Assembly: GCA_019135865.1 (NCBI GenBank) | Contig: JAGVVD010000022.1 | Span: 108,204-172,203 of the forward strand | Origin: Elusimicrobiota bacterium | Lineage (GTDB): Bacteria > Elusimicrobiota > Elusimicrobia > Elusimicrobiales > UBA9959 | Reading direction: 5' to 3' | Length of the DNA stretch: 64,000 nucleotides | Shown here: piece after piece, positions 57,703 to 64,000 of the stretch | How the letters are laid out: each line of letters begins with the position of its first letter | How positions within the stretch are numbered: the first letter of the stretch is position 1 | Translations under genes and position numbers: made by a program | Notes under the pieces: model-generated | The model's input: the letters and a program-made list of their open reading frames with translations, nothing else | Database searches by the model: none | What the model was told of the DNA's origin: nothing

Positions 57703-57711
57703 TGATATCAT
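57703..57711 (+). promoter_or_regulatory. extended -10 promoter TGATATCAT, 6 nt upstream of the purB ATG
   Basis: The sequence ttTGATATCATatcggcATG is a near copy of 15188-15207. Confidence 0.45.
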
Positions 57712-57717
57712 ATCGGC

Positions 57718-59088
57718 ATGACCGAACTGGATTCCGTAAGCCCGGTCGACGGACGCTACGCGGCGGTCGCCCGGCCATTCTCCCGTTATTTCAGCGAAGC
57801 GGCCCTCATACGCCACCGTCTCGAGGTCGAGGCGCTTTACCTGGAACTGCTCTGCGGCCTGCCCGGGACCGGCATACCGCGGCTGCCCGCGAAGGGGAAA
57901 GAACTGCTCGCCGGGCTGAAGAACGCCTCTCCCGCCGACGCGGCGCGCGTCAAGACGATAGAGAAAAAGACCCGCCACGACGTAAAGGCCTGCGAACGCT
58001 TCATCCGCGAGCGCCTGGAGCGCGCCGGCCTGGCCAAATACAGGGAATACGTCCATTTCGCGCTCACCTCGGAAGACGTCAACAGTTTTTCATACGCGCT
58101 GATGCTGGCGCGGGGACTGGAGCGCGTCCTCCTTCCCGCGCTCGACGGGATAATAGCCGAATTGCGCCGGCTTGCCCGCCGCCACGCGGCCGACCCGCTG
58201 CTGGCGCGCACGCACGGCCAGCCGGCCGTCGGCACCACTTTCGGCAAGGAGTTCGCCGTCTTCGCTTCGCGCCTCGAGCGCCAGCGCGCTCAACTGCTCG
58301 GCCTGCGCCTCCAGGCGAAGCTGTCCGGTGCGGTCGGGAATTACAACGCGCACCTCGCCGCCTTCCCGCGCGCCGACTGGCCGGCCTTCGCCCGCCGCTT
58401 CGCCGCCGCCGCGTCCAAAGGGCTGAAGATAAGGATAGAGGCCGCGCCGCTTACCACCCAGATAGAACCGCACGACGCCGTAGCGGAACTTTTCGACGCG
58501 CTGCGCAGGACCAACACCATACTCATCGGGCTCTGCCAGGATATCTGGCGTTATATCAGCGACGGGCTGATAGTTCAGCGGGCGGTGACGGGGGAAGTCG
58601 GCTCGTCCACGATGCCGCAGAAGGTGAACCCCATACATTTCGAGAACGCCGAGGGCAATCTTGGCGCGGCCAACGCGCTCTGCGGTTTCTTCGCGGCCAA
58701 GCTGCCGGTCTCGCGCCTGCAGCGCGACCTGTCCGATTCCACCGTCGAACGGAATTACGGGACCGCCTTCGCCCATTCGCTCATCGCCTATAAGTCGATG
58801 ATGGAAGGCTTCTCGCGCATAAGCGTCGACCGCGCCGCCGCCGCCCTTTCTCTTTCGGAGCATCCGGAAGTCTACGCCGAGGCGATACAGACCGTCCTGC
58901 GGCGCGAGGGGGTAAAAGACCCTTATTCGCTGCTCAAGGAACTTACCCGCGGCCGCGCCGTAACCCTGCCGGACCTGCGGGACTTCGTAGAAGGCCTGCC
59001 CGTGCGCCCGGCGGTCAAAACCGAGCTGAAAGTTCTGCTGTCCAAACCCTACACCGGCCTCGCCGCGCGCCTGGCCCGGGGAAAATGA
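57718..59088 (+). CDS. purB: adenylosuccinate lyase
   Basis: 456 aa. The N-terminal block is SPVDGRYA. The fumarate-lyase signature GSSTMPQKVNP is present. Confidence 0.95.
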   Translation: MTELDSVSPVDGRYAAVARPFSRYFSEAALIRHRLEVEALYLELLCGLPGTGIPRLPAKGKELLAGLKNASPADAARVKTIEKKTRHDVKACERFIRERLERAGLAKYREYVHFALTSEDVNSFSYALMLARGLERVLLPALDGIIAELRRLARRHAADPLLARTHGQPAVGTTFGKEFAVFASRLERQRAQLLGLRLQAKLSGAVGNYNAHLAAFPRADWPAFARRFAAAASKGLKIRIEAAPLTTQIEPHDAVAELFDALRRTNTILIGLCQDIWRYISDGLIVQRAVTGEVGSSTMPQKVNPIHFENAEGNLGAANALCGFFAAKLPVSRLQRDLSDSTVERNYGTAFAHSLIAYKSMMEGFSRISVDRAAAALSLSEHPEVYAEAIQTVLRREGVKDPYSLLKELTRGRAVTLPDLRDFVEGLPVRPAVKTELKVLLSKPYTGLAARLARGK

Positions 59089-59098
59089 AGGAGACCTC

Positions 59099-60118
59099 AT
59101 GCCGGTAGACATAGTAGCGGGCGGTCAGGGCGGCGACGAAGGAAAAGGAAAGATCTGCGCCTACCTGGCGCACGAGGGAGATTACCGCTACGCGGTGAAG
59201 GTCGGCGGGCCCAATGCCGGGCATACGGTCTTCCACAAGGGCAAAATTTACGCGCTGAAATCCATACCGGCCGGCTTCGTGAACCCGCGCACCAGACTGG
59301 TGCTCGGCGCCGGCACCTATATCATCACCGACTGGCTCCTCAAGGAGATCACCCTTACGGGAACGGCCGGGCGCATGATCATCGACCCCAACGCCGTAGT
59401 GATAGAGCCGCGCCAGACGGCGGCCGAGCGCGGCGACGCGCGCATGATGAAGTCCATCGGCAGCGTCGGGACCGGCCTGGGCACCGCCGTGCGCGAACGC
59501 ATAGACCGCAAAAAGATAAAGTTCGCCAAGGACGAGCCGCGGCTGCGGCGCTGGATAAAACCCGTGCCGGAACTGCTCAACAAGGCGCTCTCCGCCGGCG
59601 ACGGAGTCATCGTAGAGGGCACGCAGGGCATGAAGCTCTCGCTGCTGCACGGCGAATATCCCTACGTCACTTCGCGCGACACCACGGCCTCCACCTTCCT
59701 CGCCGAGGCCGGCCTGGGGCCCAAATACGTGCGCGACGTCTACGCCATCTTCAAGCCCTATGTCAGCCGCGTCGGCCCCGGCCCGCTGGCCGCCGAGATA
59801 AAGGACAAGTCCAAACTCAATGTCCATCACACCAAGGGCCGCGAGGTCGGCTCCGTCAGCGGCCGCCTGCGCCGCATAGGGGCTTTCGAGTTCGACCTGG
59901 CCCGCCGCGCCGTCGCGATAAATTCCGCGACCCGGCTGGCGATAACGCATATCGACCTCTACAAGGGCGCCGAAAACCCGCGCCGCCTCTCGGACATAAA
60001 AGGCGAAGCGGCCGCTTTCCTCAAAAAGATAGGCGCGCTTTCGAAAGTCTATCCTTACCCGAAGCTCTCCATAGTCTCATACGGCCCCGGCCTGATGGAC
60101 GTACTCGACCTGCGGTAG
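59099..60118 (+). CDS. purA: adenylosuccinate synthetase, short (archaeal-size) form
   Basis: 339 aa. The P-loop is GGQGGDEGKGK, followed by GPNAGHTV and a TKGREVGSVSGRLRR block. It lacks about 90 aa relative to typical bacterial PurA. Confidence 0.9.
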   Translation: MPVDIVAGGQGGDEGKGKICAYLAHEGDYRYAVKVGGPNAGHTVFHKGKIYALKSIPAGFVNPRTRLVLGAGTYIITDWLLKEITLTGTAGRMIIDPNAVVIEPRQTAAERGDARMMKSIGSVGTGLGTAVRERIDRKKIKFAKDEPRLRRWIKPVPELLNKALSAGDGVIVEGTQGMKLSLLHGEYPYVTSRDTTASTFLAEAGLGPKYVRDVYAIFKPYVSRVGPGPLAAEIKDKSKLNVHHTKGREVGSVSGRLRRIGAFEFDLARRAVAINSATRLAITHIDLYKGAENPRRLSDIKGEAAAFLKKIGALSKVYPYPKLSIVSYGPGLMDVLDLR

Positions 60119-60136
60119 CGCGGAACGGCCCGGCAA

Positions 60137-61198
60137 ATGACCGACGAGGCCCCGAAGCCGCACAAGCGCCGCGTCCGCTACAGCGGCACTCACCCGCGCC
60201 GCTTCGACCAGAAATACAAGGAGCTCGACCCCGCGAAATACGCGGACCAGATCGAGCACATAATCGCGAAAGGGCTGACTCCGGCCGGCACCCACCGCCC
60301 CATCTGCGTCGAAGAGATACTCGCCATACTCGATCCCAAGCCCGGCGAGACCGCCTTCGACGCCACGCTGGGCTACGGCGGTCACGCCCGCCGCATACTG
60401 CCGCGGCTGCTGCCCGGCGGCCGCCTTTTCGCGGTCGACGTGGACCCGGTGGAACTGCCCAAGACGGAGGCCCGGCTGAGGGCCGAAGGTTTCAGCCCGG
60501 ACGCGATTATCATACGCAAGATGAACTACGCCGGGATCATGGGCCTGCTCGGCGAGACGGGGGGAGGTTTCGACTGCGTCCTGGCGGACCTGGGCGTCTC
60601 TTCTATGCAATTGGACAACCCCGAGCGGGGCTTCACCTACAAGGCCGACGGCCCGCTGGACCTGCGGCTCAATCCCGGCCGCGGCAAGCCCGCCTCCGAA
60701 TTCCTGCGGCAGGTCCCGCTCAAGCGCCTTGAGACGCTCCTCGCGGAGAACGCCGACGAGCCTCACGCAGCTCCGATAGCCCGCGCCATAAAAGCGGCGG
60801 CGCCGCCCGCGGCCACCACCGCGGCGCTGGCAGCCGCCGTGCGGGCCGGGCTGAAGGCCGCGGTCCCAGGGCTGGGGGAGGAAGACATGAGGAAATCGCT
60901 GCAGCGCGTCTTCATGGCGCTGCGCATAGAGGTCAACGAGGAATTCAGCGCGCTGGACCGCTTCCTTTCCGTCCTTCCCTGGTGCATGAAGCCGGGGGGG
61001 CGGGCCGCGATATTATCCTTCCACTCCGGCGAGGACCGCCGGGTCAAGAAAGCTTTCTTCAAAGGCGAGGAGGAGGGGGTCTATTCGTCGGTCTCACAGA
61101 CCCCCGCCAGGCCGTCGTCGGCCGAGCGCCGCTCCAATCCCCGCTCCGCCTGCGCCAAGCTGCGCTGGGCGGTGCGCTCCTCCCTGCCGGCCAGGTAG
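60137..61198 (+). CDS. rsmH: 16S rRNA (cytosine1402-N4)-methyltransferase RsmH/MraW-like
   Basis: 353 aa. Conserved RsmH blocks are DATLGYGGHA, ADLGVSSMQLD, FHSGEDRRVK and NPRSACAKLR. An N-terminal extension of about 50 aa is present. Confidence 0.85.
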   Translation: MTDEAPKPHKRRVRYSGTHPRRFDQKYKELDPAKYADQIEHIIAKGLTPAGTHRPICVEEILAILDPKPGETAFDATLGYGGHARRILPRLLPGGRLFAVDVDPVELPKTEARLRAEGFSPDAIIIRKMNYAGIMGLLGETGGGFDCVLADLGVSSMQLDNPERGFTYKADGPLDLRLNPGRGKPASEFLRQVPLKRLETLLAENADEPHAAPIARAIKAAAPPAATTAALAAAVRAGLKAAVPGLGEEDMRKSLQRVFMALRIEVNEEFSALDRFLSVLPWCMKPGGRAAILSFHSGEDRRVKKAFFKGEEEGVYSSVSQTPARPSSAERRSNPRSACAKLRWAVRSSLPAR

Positions 61199-61208
61199 CC
61201 TCCCGGCC

Positions 61209-61892
61209 ATGAACAGGAAAGAGGTGCTCGCCGCGATAGCCGCCGCCGGACTGCCTCCGGAACTGGCCGCATATCTCGAGAAATTCATCGCGCAGGGAAC
61301 AGCGTCAGAACTCAGAAAAGTCCTTAAAACCGATCCCGGGCGGCTGCTCGGGAACATAAAGGCCCTGCTGGACTCGTCCGCCGCGGCCCTGGCCCTGCCA
61401 GCCGGCGAAATACTTGCCATAACCGGCTTCGACTACAACAATTTCGCGCCCGACAGGCTGGAAGCGGCGCTGGCCGAACTGAGGGCGGTGAATATACTCG
61501 CGCGCCGCGGCTTCACGGAGATACGCTTTCTGCCGGACGGGCAGAGAAAGGAAGCCGATATCTCGGCGATACTGGCCGGCGAAAAATACTTCTTCGAAGT
61601 ACGCTGCATCAAGGACCGGGACGCCTTTTCCGGCGCGGACGAAAGGAAAGCGCGTCGCCTCAAGGAAGTGTGCCGCAAAAAACTGGCCCAAGCCCGCGCT
61701 AGCGGGCGGCGTGAAGCCTCCGCGCGCGCCGGCGTGTTCCTAGTCTCCAATCCGGCAGGCTCCGCCCCGCCGCCGAGGAAAAAAGATTTGCAAGTCCTGG
61801 CCTCCCGGCTGCATGCCGCGCTGGGCGCCCCGGAAAGGGAGCATATCTGCCTCTCGGCCGGCGGCGCGGCCGCCGTTTTCCCGCCTTTTTAA
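61209..61892 (+). CDS. hypothetical protein (possible PD-(D/E)xK-like core)
   Basis: 227 aa with GC3-rich codons and no recognised family. The central segment reads ELRAV...KEADISAILAGEKYFFEVRCIK. Confidence 0.5.
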   Translation: MNRKEVLAAIAAAGLPPELAAYLEKFIAQGTASELRKVLKTDPGRLLGNIKALLDSSAAALALPAGEILAITGFDYNNFAPDRLEAALAELRAVNILARRGFTEIRFLPDGQRKEADISAILAGEKYFFEVRCIKDRDAFSGADERKARRLKEVCRKKLAQARASGRREASARAGVFLVSNPAGSAPPPRKKDLQVLASRLHAALGAPEREHICLSAGGAAAVFPPF

Positions 61893-61975
61893 CGCCAAAG
61901 ACTCCCATCCTCCGGCATTAACATGATTGGTATATTGATAAATGTCCGTCTGTTTTGTGTAAAATTCTTGAATAG

Positions 61976-62164
61976 TCCGGGATATGGGGTTTAAGGGACC
62001 TGCCGGACAGTGCCACGCTTACAGACGACCACCTGCCCGACGCGACCACGGTCTACGCGGGCATGGAGGGGTTCTCGGTGACGCCGTCGAGCGCGGACGG
62101 GCGCGTCACGGTCAGGTACGCGGTGCCGTCGGACCGCTTGCTGGCACTTGGTATGCATACTTGA
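61976..62164 (+). pseudogene. start-less coding remnant at the GC-content junction
   Basis: An open frame encodes ...LPDSATLTDDHLPDATTVYAGMEGFSVTPSSADGRVTVRYAVPSDRLLALGMHT*. It has core-like GC3 bias but no start codon or RBS at its 5' end. AT-rich sequence lies on both sides. Confidence 0.35.
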
Positions 62165-62306
62165 CAACGCGGCGGCAGTCTGTAAGAATATGGCGGTCGG
62201 CGCAGGACAGGGGAAAAGGGGCGGGCCGATGTTTTCAAAATTCAATTCTAACGGGAGCCGCGCGCTTCGGGCGTGCGGCTTTGTCTATTGCCATGGAGGA
62301 AAAACT

Positions 62307-63368
62307 ATGAACCGCATCATTGCAGGAGTTCTCATCATGCTGTCGCCTTGCGCCGCCTTGGCGCAGGAAGCGTCCACCGCCGCGGACCAGGTGCCGATAG
62401 AGGAATACGTGCCCAAGGTCATCATTGAGGGCAAATGGGGCACGGGGCCGGGCGAGTTCGGCCGGCAGGGCGATTTTGATTATGACCTGGAACCCGGAAG
62501 CCTTGCCGTTGATTCCAAAGGGAACATCTATATCCTTGATTTTGTCAATAACCGGATACAGAAGTATTCCTCCGAAGGCAAGCATTTAATGGACATCTCG
62601 GTAGATGGCTTGAAAGGCCCCGTGCAATGTTGGGCCGTCAGGCGTTACGATGAATCAGAGAAGCGACATATCTGGTCCGTAGGTGCCACGGCGGAAAAAC
62701 CGTCTGGCGTCCCCGACAGCGATTTACAGGCTTATATCTGGCCTCCCGAAGTCCAGGGCATCAACATCGTGATAGACAGCAAAGACACGCTGTATTACTA
62801 CCTCAAGCGCAACAAAGAAGGCAAAGAAACCGGCGAGGTGTGGGAGTTCAAGAACGATAAGCTGGTGAAGAAGACGGTGGTGCCGAGCGTTCCCGGCGGA
62901 CTTAGCTGTCATGACGGGGATTTATGGATAACGGAATATCCATACGAATTCGTGAAAACCGATATCGGGTCTGATTTTAATGTGTTCGAGGGCAAAAAGT
63001 ATCTCAGAAAAGATGTTAATGAATTAAAAAAGCAAAAGGTGGCGGCATCTGTTCAAGCCTCCAGAAATAATAAAGAGCGCCATGTTTTACGGCCGGGCTC
63101 AAAAGAAGGAGTAAGGCTGGAGCCTGTTCCCGGCGAAGAATTCGTAAGTCCTGGAGCGATACGCGATTCGAAGGCGCTAGTCACCAGTCTTAGAGGAAAG
63201 GAGAAAATCCTGAACGAATATAACCTTTCCGGAAAACTGCTGCGCCGCCTGCGAGCAGATAGCAGGCCTCGGAACGGTTTCCGCGACTCGCGAGAGAATT
63301 TTTACATTATTTCGGCCGACAACACTGGCATTAAAGTGACACGACATAGCCGAGAAGCCATGAGGTGA
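62307..63368 (+). CDS. secreted NHL-repeat / beta-propeller protein
   Basis: 353 aa from MNRIIAGVLIMLSPCAALA, preceded by GGAGGA. An NHL-like unit is present (GTGPGEFGRQGDFDYDLEPGSLAVDSKGNIYILDFVNNRIQKY). GC content is low. Confidence 0.7.
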   Translation: MNRIIAGVLIMLSPCAALAQEASTAADQVPIEEYVPKVIIEGKWGTGPGEFGRQGDFDYDLEPGSLAVDSKGNIYILDFVNNRIQKYSSEGKHLMDISVDGLKGPVQCWAVRRYDESEKRHIWSVGATAEKPSGVPDSDLQAYIWPPEVQGINIVIDSKDTLYYYLKRNKEGKETGEVWEFKNDKLVKKTVVPSVPGGLSCHDGDLWITEYPYEFVKTDIGSDFNVFEGKKYLRKDVNELKKQKVAASVQASRNNKERHVLRPGSKEGVRLEPVPGEEFVSPGAIRDSKALVTSLRGKEKILNEYNLSGKLLRRLRADSRPRNGFRDSRENFYIISADNTGIKVTRHSREAMR

Positions 63369-63373
63369 TCGAT

Positions 63374-64000
63374 ATGAAGCGCCTGACTTGTCTTGCGGCT
63401 TTGATTCTGTGTTTGCCAGGACTGCTTTTTTCACGCACCCGGCAGGAGGTTCTTGATTCGGCAGCTGTATATGCGACCCATCCATGGACGCCTGCGGCTA
63501 AAAATCTTCTTGACGTTTACACGTTTGAGTATGACAGCGATTCGGATCAATGGACCGCGATTGTAAGCACGGATGGGATTGATGACCGCGCGCAGGCGCG
63601 GTATATAGCTAGAAAATGGGAATATTCTGAAACCGGAAATAGTTCGTGGTGGCCCTTTGTAGCCGGTAAAGAGGAGACCGGCGAGGCGTATGCGTTCGGG
63701 CATTGGGATACGACGGGGACGTTCAAGACGAGGCTGGCGTTGAAAGACCCCAAATGGATAGCCGGCAGAAGAAGCGGAGACTCTCTGCCCCCAAATTATG
63801 CTGGATTTACGGGGCTTGATTGCTCCGGATATATTTCGAGATTGCTGGGGCTGGGAAGGCACTACTCAACGGTGGAGCTTCCCGAATATGGGCTCAAAAT
63901 AAGCACCAGTGTGCTGAAGCGAGGCGATTTTCTTGATAGATACGTCATAGGCGCGGATGGGAACCTGGAGGGCAGGCATGCGATGGTAGTGAAGGATGTC
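63374..64000 (+). CDS. NlpC/P60 (C40) family cysteine peptidase, 3' end outside window
   Basis: This was translated by hand and is not in the ORF track because it has no stop. It reads MKRLTCLAALILCLPGLLFS...GFTGLDCSGYISRLLGL...GDFLDRY...GRHAMVV. The catalytic Cys lies in a GLDCSG context, with a downstream His. Confidence 0.7.
   Translation, partial: MKRLTCLAALILCLPGLLFSRTRQEVLDSAAVYATHPWTPAAKNLLDVYTFEYDSDSDQWTAIVSTDGIDDRAQARYIARKWEYSETGNSSWWPFVAGKEETGEAYAFGHWDTTGTFKTRLALKDPKWIAGRRSGDSLPPNYAGFTGLDCSGYISRLLGLGRHYSTVELPEYGLKISTSVLKRGDFLDRYVIGADGNLEGRHAMVVKDV

Overview
This is a high-GC bacterial chromosome segment (hand-counted 60-nt lines are about 65% G+C; not computed globally). It is densely packed, and many genes are joined by 4-nt ATGA/GTGA overlaps. 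Most long ORFs antisense to real genes are GC-driven artefacts. The taxon cannot be assigned from sequence alone.

Gene content, left to right:
- Two ABC exporters, a CDF transporter, an RlmI-like methyltransferase, AEC, YidE/YbjL-type and AmpG-type transporters, and a small ferredoxin.
- A MalEFGK-like sugar ABC operon, a methyltransferase and ackA.
- A five-gene minus-strand operon: DUF885, ABC ATPase, ABC-2 permease, a His-rich helical-repeat protein and a GT4 glycosyltransferase.
- lon-clpP-tig downstream of tRNA-Lys and tRNA-Leu.
- A SpoIID-like protein with GT4 and GT2 glycosyltransferases.
- yceD-rpmF-plsX-fabG-acpP-rnc.
- A complete 14-gene nuoA-N operon, flanked by an NDUFA9-like SDR and a DUF1232/J-domain gene.
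- C11 and M14 peptidases.
- An FMN-riboswitch-controlled ribBA-ribH-ribD-ribE operon.
- A tandem-repeat coiled-coil protein, then purB, an archaeal-size purA and rsmH.
- A terminal low-GC segment with an NHL-repeat protein and an NlpC/P60 peptidase.

The most unusual signal is an unannotated family of GC-rich intergenic elements, roughly 140-215 nt per copy, with two modules. They occur at 29.7-30.1 kb (both modules), between nuoC and nuoD, between ribH and ribD, between ribD and ribE, and in degenerate form next to tRNA-Leu. Long-range stems differ in sequence between copies but stay complementary.

Secondary observations:
- A ClpP with a Ser-His-Asn triad.
- Recurrent TGn-plus-(-10) hexamers placed 6 nt before ATG, which suggests leaderless mRNAs.
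- A frameshifted C11 peptidase 3' end.
- A tRNA-Leu 3'-end duplication.
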